Source of the DNA: Mytilus californianus
Taxonomy: Eukaryota
DNA: 64,000 bases
Direction of reading: 5' to 3'
NCBI RefSeq assembly: GCF_021869535.1
Contig: NW_026262712.1
Coordinates: 64,356,001-64,420,000, forward strand
Shown here one piece after another: positions 11,038-22,984 of the stretch; the first letter of the stretch is position 1, and each line of letters opens with the position of its first letter. A program made the position numbers and the translations under genes. The notes under the pieces were generated by a model. That model was not told the DNA's origin and searched no databases. It saw only the letters and a list, made by a program, of their open reading frames with translations.

Positions 11038-12453
11038 ATGGATTCTCAGCAAGAAACTGGATATGCAAATTCTACAATATCAGGTAGCAATACAGACAGA
11101 AATAGCTACGAGCTAGTACCCGATAATAATTACCTCAGCCTAATTAAAAAATATCGTACACAAAATGAGGATAATGTGTATGATGTTATTCGCAAAGAGG
11201 AAGCAACTTTACAAAATAACGAAAGGGCAATTAAAAGGAAACCAACATGGAAATTATTAGCTATACTTTTTTGCACAATTTCTGTTATTTTAAGTGTTGT
11301 AGTTATATACCTTGTCACCAACATATTGTATATTAGAAGGTACTCGTGTTTATATAACGATAAATATCAAGCAGAACACGATACTGATTTTTCTTGTAAG
11401 TGCAAAAACGGAAATTCCGGACGATGTTGTGAAATAACTCCATGTGACAGGGTTATTTGCGAAAGCGGAAAATCCTGTCTTTATTCGGGGAATATAACAT
11501 TATGTGTTGGTGATTTAACTCAGGCGTCAGGCCTCGTTGACTGTAAATCGATCTGTGACAGTTCACCTTGTGGAAATAATGGTCAATGTATAGAAGTGGT
11601 CGGAGGGTACAAGTGTGTTTGTTTTTCTGGATATACCGGTGTTCTTTGCTCAAATTTAATAAATCCTTGCAGTCGTTTACCGTGCAGAAACAATGGAACC
11701 TGTACTGAGAATGGTTACGAATACAAGTGCACGTGTACAAAAGGGTTTTCTGGATCTGACTGTGACGAAACTCCATGTTACAATTCCCCTTGTAAAAATG
11801 GTGGATTATGTGAGAATACTGATAACGGACGTAATTGCATTTGTAAAAATGGCTATAGTGGAGAAGATTGTGAAATAACTCCCTGTAGTAATGGTCCCTG
11901 TGAAAATGGAGGATCGTGTTCAATTTGGGGAAATGTCTATCATTGCACATGCCCACTTGGTACATTCGGACTGAAATGTGAAAATATGTCATGTGCATTT
12001 CCAGAGTATAGACAAAAGGTTCTTTTACAAAGGACCTGCAACATCTTACCGTGTCCAAAACACTGGATGTTCAACATCGCTACGTTTTCGTGTTATTGGA
12101 TAAGTACCTACAAAGCTAACTGGAGAACGGCATATTTAACATGCCAGCGGATGCAACCACACGCGTCCTCACTTGTTTATATTCAATCTCACAACGAAAT
12201 TAATTGGCTCAAACAGTTTATAAACGAAGACATATGGGTAGGTGGACGTGTGTTTAACAATCAGTATCGGTGGCAGAGTTCCGAGTACAATTACACTATT
12301 AACAATCTGTCTGATTTATGGGCCAGGAATGAACCAAACGTATTTACAAATGAATACTGCGTACAACTTTGGAAAACAGCTGAAGGTTTACTTCTTGACG
12401 ATACACCATGTGGTTATGAAAAACACTTTATTTGCAAAACTAATCAACTTTAA
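11038..12453 (+). CDS. Type II transmembrane EGF-repeat / C-type lectin receptor (paralogue 2), single coding exon, 471 aa
   Basis: Colinear with 3336-4760 along its whole length (shared GRCCEITPCDRVICE, FNIATFSCYWI, WVGGRV.NNQYRW, CVQLWK, LLDDTPC); TM WKLLAILFCTISVILSVVVIYLV; CTLD with EPN motif. Confidence 0.9.
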   Translation: MDSQQETGYANSTISGSNTDRNSYELVPDNNYLSLIKKYRTQNEDNVYDVIRKEEATLQNNERAIKRKPTWKLLAILFCTISVILSVVVIYLVTNILYIRRYSCLYNDKYQAEHDTDFSCKCKNGNSGRCCEITPCDRVICESGKSCLYSGNITLCVGDLTQASGLVDCKSICDSSPCGNNGQCIEVVGGYKCVCFSGYTGVLCSNLINPCSRLPCRNNGTCTENGYEYKCTCTKGFSGSDCDETPCYNSPCKNGGLCENTDNGRNCICKNGYSGEDCEITPCSNGPCENGGSCSIWGNVYHCTCPLGTFGLKCENMSCAFPEYRQKVLLQRTCNILPCPKHWMFNIATFSCYWISTYKANWRTAYLTCQRMQPHASSLVYIQSHNEINWLKQFINEDIWVGGRVFNNQYRWQSSEYNYTINNLSDLWARNEPNVFTNEYCVQLWKTAEGLLLDDTPCGYEKHFICKTNQL

Positions 12454-15046
12454 ATAATCTAGAACAATTAAGCAGTCAATACATTATTGTTCAAGCCAAA
12501 GGATAAACAGAATTTAGATGTTTTTCATTCATGCATTTTTTCTTCTTTTTTTTTCTTTTTTTACCATACCATTGTCAGTTTGTTTTCGACTTATGAATTT
12601 GGTTATTCCTTTGATATCTTTTACCTCTCTTTTGTCTCTTTTGTGATCAATTATAGTTTTTAATCGACCTAAACTGTCCATTTTCATGTGTTAGTCAAAC
12701 TATTCGTCTCATAGTCCTATATAGGTGTGTCTCGGGAGTAGTCCTATGTTTCAAGGCTGATGCGATAGACGCGATCTTCATAGTAACCTATTTTTAAACA
12801 TCTTTTATATAGCGATAACAAGTTGTACAAAAGTAGCGGTATTGTGTTTGTCTGATACAAATGAGGCAATACGTCTTAATGACGTCTAAATTATAAAGAA
12901 ACTCAAGGTTTAAACTCCCACAGGCAAAGTCGACCTTAGATGGATTTGGCTATTTTTAGGTCCTTTTTGGTCATATAGCTCTTCAACTGTTTCGGTTATT
13001 ATACATCATTGGCTTTCAAATATTCGACTTTGAAAATTCATTCAATAAGCCAGCTTGTATTTTTTTTTTTGCAAAAATCGTAAACAAAATTAAACTTATT
13101 CTGATAGTTTTATAATGTCATTGTAACTTACAGAATTCTCTTCACTGTCCTACTTTTCGTTTAATTGCCGTCATGTAAAACTGAGGAGATGTGGTATGAT
13201 TTTTAATGCGACAACCTTCCACCAATGAAGTGGTAGTAAGCAATTGTAGGTCACTGTGCGGCCTTCATCATTGAAAAAAACCACACCGGATAGTCGGCTT
13301 TAAAATGTCCAGACATGAAAAATGTGAAACAATTAAAACGAAAAAAAAACTACTTTGAAACCTATTATATTTATTTTCCCAACGATCTTCTATCATGTCT
13401 GTCGTGACTAGCAACTTTAAAACGAATATCATTTAACGACTTAAACAAACATAACAGCCAAATGCTTACAAACTTTAGAGAAATGATACATCAATGGTTC
13501 TCTTCAGACCAACAACTGATAATATGAACGAGCATCACAATGAATGATAGAAACAGTAATCTTGACAAGAAAACATAAAACAAAATATGAAACGCCCTGA
13601 AATTAATAATTGATACCAAAACTTGGGAAAGCTTCATGATCCAATTTTATTTTGATGACAAAACCGTCCAATATTACTTCAGGTAGAAAACGTAACACAC
13701 CCATTCACTACTATCCTATCAAATGTTGCAAAGTACCAAAATTTTCCAAAATGATCTCATAATAAATTCATCATAAGTGAGTTATGGTTTTTGGCATCAA
13801 CATGATCACCACCTTTTCGAAAAATGATTTTTGAAACGAATAAACAATGAATGATATAAACACTCGTTTAAGTTGTTTCACATAATTCAGACCCCCTTAT
13901 AGCTGACTATACTGTGGGAGTTTTTCTCAATTTTTAAAGATCGCATACTGACGTACAATTGTCTATATCCACGTCATTTGAACTCTGGTGGATATTTGTC
14001 TCATTGGCCTCCACATCTTCTTATTTTTATACTTTATAAATTTCGTGCGTCTTGAGCGCTTTACAGGATTTAACTTCAACAGGAACGCTAAAACCTAATA
14101 ATTTGAAAGCCAGGGATATAGGACCTATATGACCAAAAAGGACCTAAATAATAAAAGCATGGCCTGAAATGCAAAATGAGCATCTACTGATCCAGATCTT
14201 TCAATGCAAAATTCTGTGTCTGTTGTTGTCATTGACGTTTTTTTTCAAATTGAGCAATAAATAGTTTAAAATGAAATGAGTGTCCAAACCAGAACTGTGT
14301 AAATTAGAGCATAACATGCTAAAATTTGCATTTCAGCAAAAAATTCTTACATCAAAACGGGAACAAGACAAGAATGTTCATATATATATATTATCGATGT
14401 ATGTTCATCGGAAATTTATGAAAAAATATAGTTTCCAATGACTGTATTTTTCTGACTCTCCCATGACATATACATCACTCGTGCATGTTATAACAGGCCT
14501 GCCCTGTCGACGCTCCTGGACATTTTTGTTTGTCTAAAGTTTATGCGAATTCTGATTACCATTACAGTCGTCAGTTTGTACATTTTATATTAGTTTCACA
14601 TTTTTCTCTTTCTACTAAACTAAATATTATTATTTTTTTTAAATTTTAGTCATATAATAGGCAAAATCCAATAGAATCTTCAGTAATAATGACATGCCTG
14701 TTTTCGTGTGTAGAACTACTACGGGGTCTTTGGATAATATAAAGTGCTATATCATATTATTATAATGCTGAAATTTACAATTCTTGCAAAAGGTTTTTTA
14801 TTGGATTGTTCAATAATCATTGCATAGTAAATATTTTAGACACATTATTTGACACATAACACTAGTACCTAAATTCGTGTTGTTTTTTTTAATTATCATA
14901 TTTTAATCAAATAAAAATGTGTATTCTCCTGATTAATATATTTAAAGAAGCGTGTTGCAAACCCGGAAACATCATGTCACATTTCAAAAAATTTGAACCA
15001 TCATATCCTAATGAATGTTACTCATTTGTTGATAGAGATAACGCAG

Positions 15047-15723
15047 TTAAATAGAAAGAGCATCTAAAGCTTCTTCTGGTATTCTACTGACATCAGACCC
15101 ATAGAATATTTCCATGGTAATATGTGTTTGTTCTGGGTTGTAAATACCAAAAACTGGCCACAGTGGGGCCTCTTTCGGTGAAACTACTAAGTTTTTGAAG
15201 TGAGCTACTACCTTTCTACTTTTTAAATCAACAACTATCCAATGCCTTTTAGACGTATCCAGCAAAAATCCATAGTGTAATTGAGAATATGATCTGATTG
15301 ATAAGGGAATTCGATCACTAAATGGATAATGACTTAACATTTGACCATTATGCCACCCATGAAGACACACTTTTCCACAAAGGTGGCATCCACTTCCACT
15401 GATTACCCATGCAAATGGACTACGGTCGTTTCTAAAACTTTTATCGATTACGTCATTCCTTGCAAGACCAATCTCAAATAAAACTGTCCGTCGAATTAGG
15501 CGCAAAATTTTGAATTTTATAGAAATTTCCCAATAAAACAGTCCAGGTTTGTTGAAAGATCGTGTTCCAATGGTTCCCGGAAATAAACGAAGTCTTCGAG
15601 TTCCACTTTTACTTTGAGTAGAGCCATATATTTGTTTTGTCGATTTCAAAGCCATCGTAAGACTGTCACGTGAGACTTCTACTGAGGGATGAGAAACAGC
15701 TGCATCAAATGCTATGCTTATAC
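15047..15723 (-). CDS. Terminal exon (B30.2 PRY/SPRY domain) of the minus-strand Filamin-B30.2 gene
   Basis: Acceptor ttttcag|GTATAAGC at 15724/15723 extends the listed ORF upstream as GISIAFDAAVSHPSVEVSRDSLTM (PRY-like FD..AH..L.VS.D), followed by SFNKPGLFYWE, FEIGL, YGFLLD, PLWPVF (SPRY hallmarks). Roughly half the residues match the 33163-33842 exon and the phase-1 intron position is the same. Confidence 0.85.
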
Positions 15724-18117
15724 CTGAAAATGTAATGACTTATACTTAAATTATGACAACGATATTCACAACTTCTAGTTAATTTATCTTTCACAGGAGA
15801 TAAACTGGAAATATTGTTCAACAAGTATAAACATATGTTAAGAAAACAAAACAAAATCTACATTATAATCGGAACAGAAAACAGTGTGACTTAATTAAAA
15901 AACGAAAAGGAAAACAAAGTTAAGAAGATACTGTACAGAAATCTTAGGATAAAGCAGTCTGAGCACCAACGAACTCATATGCTCTATACAGGTATGCAAT
16001 GCCTTCTTCAACAATTCAACAATGCTGGTTCAACTTCTTATTTTACTTTTTTTCTTTTATTTATAAGATAATGATTTTTTTTCTAAATCCATAGAGCGGT
16101 GATGCGTGTTGAGAAATGCAACCATTTGTTCTGACGTAAAAACAATTCTTTGTAATAGAGTTTCTAAAGTTGTTTTGTTTAATCCTACAAGCAGGAAGGG
16201 CGTATCATGGACGTAACTGTCAAATAATCAAAATACAACTTAACATTTTGTTTTCCTCAACAAGTCCCGCTAAAGGAATATAAGTACAATTTATTCGACT
16301 CAATATTGAGTCATGTGAAATATTTCCTGCCATTGTTAAAGACTTACAGTTTACGTCATTATACAACAAATTCCGCTCAGTTATAGTACCAGAATATTTT
16401 CGTGGAGAAAAGTCTATAAAAAAGAAAAGGTTTGTGTCAAATGATGATAGAATGTTATGACTGTATTTCTGCAAACATGTAAAAATTAAAACATCAACAA
16501 ACCTTGATACTGTGTTTATCAACTGTTTTGTCCTTTAGATGACAATTAGAATATATAGTTATGAATAATTCACTTAGTCTGCTCAATCTTTTTAGTCATT
16601 TGAAATTGAAAATTGAAAATGTTATGCCTGAAGAGCTGCGTTAAATTTGCTTCGGATGTGTACAAAATGTAATTACATGTTACATACAAAAAAAATCATT
16701 TAATTGTAAATTATTGTAATCCTAATTATATGAAGAATTATGACTTGTCAATTAACATTTGAAGGAAAGTCCAACACCGCTAACAACTTCCCTTTATAGA
16801 AGAATATAGTAAAGCATTTATTTTTTTTATGCCCCCGCCGTCACCGGAGTGGACACATTCTCCATTTATTTCAATTTATTTAATGCATATTGATGCCAAT
16901 AATAAACAACTTTGCTAGTTAAAGATAAAATTTACTTACTATCCGTGTTAAGTTGATCTCTGGCAGAGTATATCGGTGCATCTTGCAGGGACTCATCTGC
17001 AAGTGATATGAAAAGTCTGTGCTTATGGGGTTTTAACTAAGTATAGTATGGCATATATTCTGGCACAGCCTTTGTTGTTTATTGAACAGTTGTCCTATGT
17101 CATGCTTTAAGGTGCAGACATTTGCCTTGGAAGGGTCAACTATTGAGACAAACAGACGACTGACAATAAGAATGGAAGAGATAAAATTTATTTTCCTTCT
17201 TTCAACTTCAGATTTTTTGTATGGTAAATTATAAAGTGTATGGTTTTTGATTTACATTTTGATACGATTTGTCAGCGCACTGAATCGTTATATTTCTTAT
17301 TTATTAAAATATTTATATTTACTTTTTACTGCTGTGGTGCGTCTCTCAATCCAAACAAGTCTTCAAATGTTTTATTTTGAAGTAATCACAAAGTTTTATG
17401 TTCAAATGAGCAAAGCGAAGGAGAACATTATTATTTTTATTTCTTACTATTGTAATTTTACTACAGACTGTTAACAAGATGACATAGATCACACACTTCT
17501 ACTACTGCTCCTTTGACTGTGATATCGACTTTATCAAAGACATTGTCATAACCATAGATCACATGATTGATGTGAAGTGTCTAGAGCTTTCTTAGCTTTT
17601 TTTTTAGCTATCTCTATAGAACCAGGTTTAATCCACCATTTTCTACACAAGGAAATGCCTGTACCAATTCAGGAATATTTCAGTTGTTTTCCATTCGTTT
17701 GGTGTGTTTGAGCTTTAAATTTTTGCCATTTGATAAGGGACTTTCCGTTTTGAATTTTCCTTGGAGTTCGGTATTTTTGATATTTTACTTTTTTTTTCGT
17801 TTACTGTTGATGCGCTCTGTTAACTCTATTTCAAGTTTACATTATTTCGATTTTTGCAGTTGTATGTTCATGGATGAAATTTGATTTGGGTATACTTCAA
17901 TGAGAATGTTACATGGCCACTCACTCTTCACTAGGCATCGGATCCCAACTGACGTGGCTGCATATTTATACATCCCGCACAGTCAAAAGGACGCCCCAAT
18001 TAAACAAAATTTTTACTACTGAGCGGCAATAGTCCAGAGAAGCCAATATGTCTATTCCCCATTAGTCTAACATACTGAAAGTAAATGTAATTATAACTGG
18101 ATTATTTTCAAACTTAC

Positions 18118-18159
18118 CTAAAACAGTCAGACGTGAAGGTGGTTTTGTCGCCACAACAC
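18118..18159 (-). CDS. 42-nt linker micro-exon of the minus-strand Filamin-B30.2 gene (GVVATKPPSRLTVL)
   Basis: ttttacag|GTGTTG...TTTTAG|gtaagt on the minus strand; phase 1-1, keeps the frame into the terminal exon. Confidence 0.7.
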
Positions 18160-18336
18160 CTGTAAAATTATAAGATATGTTCTTAGAGTAATTCCGATAA
18201 TATTTTCGTTTGAATTTATTACATTTGAAATTTAAAAAGAGATCAACCTGTTACCTCTCTCATTGTACAATTTCATATAAAAAAAAGTATGTTTAGAGTA
18301 AAGTGACTGTTCAACTATCAGTTGTTAACTATTTAC

Positions 18337-18375
18337 CTTTGAAAGTTCTCGGTGTCCCACGATACAAAATATCAT
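18337..18375 (-). CDS. 39-nt linker micro-exon of the minus-strand Filamin-B30.2 gene (NDILYRGTPRTFK)
   Basis: ttttactttcag|ATGATATT...TTCAAAG|gtaaat; phase 1-1, open frame. Confidence 0.65.
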
Positions 18376-18731
18376 CTGAAAGTAAAACAGGAATATCATA
18401 TATCAGTTAAACAGATATTAAAAATGAGTTATTCTTAAAATTTCTTGAAAATTAATATGATTAGGAATAACGGGTACAGTACGCATCGTATTGGTCAATT
18501 TTTTATTGCGTCAAAAACGTCATTCTTGCGCCATCATAAAATCACAAAATTTCGAGTCTTTTGGTCATTCGTGACTCTTTTTGATCTAAATGATATAAAG
18601 TCTCGTATAACATGGTGTGAAATTAATTCAATATTTCATATGTACATTTCGAAGATTTACTTCTCTTCCGTACTTCTCGGAAAGAAATATAGGATATCCT
18701 AGTTAACAAGGTGGACAGCATTACTTGATTA

Positions 18732-19801
18732 ATAATATTAGTTACATAGTGTGCTAGTGACCTAATACGGTATATATGGGGTCAGTAAATTACATATGGG
18801 GTGAGAGCGAAGCTCGAATCCCCATATGGAATTTACTGACCCCATATATACCGTATTACGTCACTAGCACACTATGTAACGAATTTATCTTACCGACTAT
18901 CTTAACGTGTGAAATTTAGACTAGTGACCTATCAAAATGAGCACGTCTTCAATACCGTTAGCATTAAGAAACTACTTCCATTGATCCTACAAAAACAGAT
19001 GCCAACAATAACAACTTGTTAGGTTTAAATGTGTTTTATGAATTTATTGCAATCTTCATCATCAATTTCTTCGTCTGTTGAAACCTTTAAGATTTTTTCT
19101 CAGTACCGTTTTGTTTTTATAAAGGGACGTAACACCCCTACTAACCGTGTATAAAATAAGCCCCGCCTCCCTACTAACCTAATATGGAATATACATGGTC
19201 TCCACGCGGACGCTTTTAAACAATCATATTCCTCGAAATGTATAGGAAAAAGATCTCTTCCTATATTATCTAACCTCCTATACTTTCTATGAATATCATT
19301 AGTGAAAGGCGACCGCGTGGAGACCCTGTACATTTAATATGGGGTTAGTAGGGCGTGGTTTATTTTAATACACGGTTAGTATTGGTGTCAAGTCCCTTTA
19401 TAAAAACAGCACGAAGTTGAGGTAAAATCTGAAACGTTTCATCCGGACAACAGATGAAGAAATTAATGATGAACGATTGAAATAAATTCAGAAAACACAT
19501 TAAGAGCTAACAGGTTGTTATTGTTGGCATTTGTTTTTGTATAGACCAATGGAAGTAGGTTCTTTATATTGAAGACTAAATCACTTTGATAGGCCACTAG
19601 TTTAAATGCCAGAGTCATGTTAAGATAGTCGGTAAGATAAATTCGTTACATAGTGTCCTAGTGACCTAATACGATATACTTATATGAGGTCAGTAAATTC
19701 CATATGGGTTGAGAGCTTCGCTTCGCTCTCACCCCATATGGAATTTACTGACATCAAATATATCGTATTAGGTCACTAGCAAAGTGTGTAACTAATATTA
19801 T
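18732..19801. mobile_element. Foldback-type element: two arms of about 490 bp in inverted orientation, 86-bp spacer, each arm with an internal hairpin of about 60 bp
   Basis: 18732-19217 aligns with the reverse complement of 19304-19801 (e.g. gaatttatcttaccgactatcttaac, atgccaacaataacaac, ggtctccacgcgg); nested stem 18741-18801/18820-18880 (59/61 paired). Confidence 0.85.
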
Positions 19802-20711
19802 AAAAGGTATACATAGACATGGAATGGTATGGGACACCTTTTTGGAATGTCAAATATATCAATCGGGTGCAATTTCGCGGAGGTAGTATGGCATAGGGTC
19901 GAAATGTATATGCTAATGGTTCATAAATTTGTATCTTCTGTTTAGTTGTCTGTGTAAGCTGTGTACTGGTCTCGTTGTTTAATAATATGAATGATCCCAT
20001 GTGGTTTACATCTAAAGGTTTCATAGATTTTATATTTCTGATAGCTTGGAAATATATCAAAAGGTTAAAACTTTCCTCAAAAAAAATGAATGAGAAGAGA
20101 TTTTCGCAAACAACAATATATGAATGGGGACCTTTTAAACCCCAGCCAGACGTCTGAACCAGCATGTTAACAAAATAAACCTTGATATCAAATTTCAGGA
20201 AACTCCGATTTGAAATTCCTGAGAAAAAAGTGAAGAGAGGGACGGACTTTGAAATTGCTTTACATCTTTCTTCCAACTAAACGTTTATCTTGTATCAATT
20301 TTAATGTTATGCCATTCTTACACAAACACACTGGCTGTCGAGACTTCCAGTCCATCAGCCGTTTTATCGATCAATGTTTAGTATCGGTAAGTACATTAGC
20401 TTTGCATTCTACGGAGATGATTTCGACAAAAACTCCTAACATTTATTGTTTAATGATCTTTGAATTCGTGTTTAATTTTCTAACGAATACCATAAAGATC
20501 AGCAAAATCTACAGTCTTATCAAATAAACGGGTGAAATATGTAGTGTTTTATTAAAGTAAAGTTTTAACCGTATATTTCTATAGCGTTCCTAGTTAAATT
20601 AAAACTTTGGCATCATGTTATTCATAATATAGAATCTGAAAATGTTTCCCAATTTTATCAGCTTGCATGGCCTACACAAATTACATTAGAGTGGTAATCA
20701 AAATATTCTTA

Positions 20712-20714
<3 letters not shown>

Positions 20715-20743
<29 letters not shown>
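20715..20743. repeat. (TA)n microsatellite
   Basis: Uninterrupted TA run. Confidence 0.95.
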
Positions 20744-20746
<3 letters not shown>

Positions 20747-21069
20747 ATATCCTAAAAAATAACAGATGCCTTAGTTAAATAAATACCTGATTTTGCGGAA
20801 CGTGATGACATCAAGGCTGAAATTCTAGGTGATGACATGGACGACAACATCCCTGACAAAATACAGAAAAAAAAGTAGAAAAATGATACCAACCGGTGTA
20901 CCTGCAGTGTTTTCTGAGCCAAAACAATAAAATGTTTAAAATAAGAATAAAAGAAAATGTTTGAAATAAGAATAAAAGTAAATCTAGAGTATATTTCGAA
21001 GAGAAACCAAGACCTATAAACCAAAAAAGTCATCTAGAGGTTGACAAATATATGGTTTTCACATTATAT

Positions 21070-21376
21070 GATGATGATTGATGACTGTTTAACATCCAGT
21101 GGCAAATTGAATTCATTTTCAGGATGATAACACGTTAATTTGATGTGAATTGAACCCTGCTTTGTACTTGACTACAAGCTTAGTAGAAATTTCAATATGC
21201 TTTTTCACAAGGTAAAAGTCCAATGAAAGACACATCACTCTACCCAGAAACAAAATCCCAACTCCGAGCTATAGTCTTTGCTCTTTCGCCATCATGCAAT
21301 GTGATTATCGAAAAATTAGCAATTACCAACTTTCAAGTCTTTGGTTTCATCCGACAGGAACTCGAACCTATGACCT
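21070..21376 (-). mobile_element. tRNA-derived SINE remnant
   Basis: The reverse complement of 21350-21376 gives aggtcataGGTTCGAGTTCC (pol III B-box-like); the body (ccgagc.a.agtctttgctct..., accaa.ttt.aagtctttggttt) resembles bivalve SINE2 cores; the tRNA head is truncated. Confidence 0.5.
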
Positions 21377-21378
21377 TT

Positions 21379-21504
21379 GGAAATTAACTACTGGCAGCCA
21401 ATAACATGTACAGAAAATAATCACTGGCAGCACGTGACATGTACGGAAATTAACTACTGGCAGCCAATGGCATGCACAGCAAATAATTACTGGCAGCCAA
21501 TGGT
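21379..21504 (+). repeat. 33-bp minisatellite, about 3.8 copies with alternating A/B variants
   Basis: Units start at 21379, 21412, 21445 and 21478 around the core aa.ta..actggcagc. Confidence 0.85.
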
Positions 21505-22230
21505 AAAGCAAACCTCAACTTTGACGGTAATAAACTATACTTTAGACTCCTATGGTGTAATAGAGAGTACCTTGGTTCTTTATTATTGTCAAGAAAAAGA
21601 TAGTTTTACAAATAAACGTGTTAATATCAGAGCATACTTCAAAACTTTATATTTGAGTCTTACATACCTGTAGTCATTCTTGAAAAGCTTCTGGAAGGCA
21701 TGTCTCCTAGTTCAAAGAGAATAGAATAGAGACTGGAAACGGGGAATATGTGTAAACAATTTATGGGCATTAGTATCTTCATTTAAAAAAAAAAACTCAA
21801 TAAGCGATAATCGTTTTTTCACTTCATAATTCCAGAATAAATGGAATAATGTTGAATGTAAATGTGTTTATAACCGGCAAATATACCATGATCATTAATG
21901 ATATTTCAAGAAGTTTAATCTAAATTTATTTTCTAACAAATTAATTGAATTCAGACTTTCATCTTTAATTGTTGACTTGCGATTTCATGAACATTTATCT
22001 TTGTTTCTTCTCACTGCTTATAATGCTAATTATTTACAATATTAGTTACCAGTATATAGTCTTGGAGAACTCCTAAAAGAATGTTTTCCTACAAAAAAGA
22101 TATGCAAAAAAAGAAATGCATGAAAGAAAGGTTTCATTCGTCCATTGAAGCTATTAATACACAAACAAATATAGGATTGATTACTAGGTGTTGTGTCGGG
22201 GGAAATATATTACGGCAAACGGGGTTCAGG

Positions 22231-22440
22231 AGCGATATTTTGTTAACATATATTATTTACTTGTATGTTAAGCTAATAAAAACATTAATAACATATAGGG
22301 TTATTGCACTAATATGGCAGAATTTTGTTCCGAGCAGTATATCATACTACACGGCTTTCGAGTGCAACATGTTATACTGCGAGGGACAGTATTCTTAAAA
22401 ATTAGTGCAATAACTATTTATAATATATAACAAAATATTT
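22231..22440. mobile_element. Small palindromic MITE-like element
   Basis: atattttgtta...ttattgcactaat at the left mirrored by attagtgcaataa...taacaaaatat at the right. Confidence 0.55.
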
Positions 22441-22771
22441 CATCAACATTCATGATACTTCATCAAATTCCTGCAACTCAGATGATAACGCAATGTCAAT
22501 TTCTGTCACGTTATTTGTCTTTCGTTTGCTAGCAAATATTGTTTTACCCGGAACCACTCAAGTGTGTGAGAAAGTACAGAATGCAATATCGATCAAGATG
22601 CAATATTTCTAACTGAACAGGAATGCTCTTTTATACTGCATAAAAAGGGTGATCAGTAAACAAATCGGAAAATATTACATTCTTATTCTACAAAGAAATC
22701 TTCTTGAAATATTTGATACTACTTCGTTTATATGTCTAGATATATTGAAACTATCTACATTGATAACTTAC

Positions 22772-22984
22772 TTTTGTTGTAAGAATATTGTCCTAAAGCA
22801 CTGAATTTGTAACCTGCTGTATTTATACATTTCCCGTTTACCAGCACATGCGCAGTATATTTCCCTGGTTTTGGAGCAATGAAGTATACTTTGTACGTCC
22901 CATCTTTGTCTGTATAATCTTCTGCGTGAGGTCGTAATATATCATTGTCTGGGTCTAATATTTCTATACTTATATCTGCAGTTG
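22772..22984 (-). CDS. Filamin-type Ig repeat exon (C-terminal part) of the minus-strand gene
   Basis: tatttatag|CAACTGCA...AACAAAA|gtaagt, 213 nt, phase 1-1; translates ATADISIEILDPDNDILRPHAEDYTDKDGTYKVYFIAPKPGKYTAHVLVNGKCINTAGYKFS (filamin DGTY.V.F.P..PG.Y...V..NG signature); homologous to exon 29383-29607. Not in the supplied ORF track. Confidence 0.85.

Noticed and set aside
19776-20276. 166-aa minus-strand ORF in an intron of the Filamin-B30.2 gene
   Set aside because: No recognisable motif, low-complexity F/I/K-rich composition, and it is not needed for the exon chain; possibly decayed TE sequence.
20770-20880. Acidic peptide-like stretch IPDFAERDDIKAEILGDDMDDNIPD on the + strand
   Set aside because: Bounded by stops with no splice signals; at most a transposon relic.
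21350-21376. Possible tRNA gene (B-box on the minus strand)
   Set aside because: No A-box or cloverleaf; it is the truncated head of a SINE-like repeat.
21379-21504. Possible CRISPR-like array
   Set aside because: Contiguous tandem units without unique spacers, eukaryotic context, and no cas genes.
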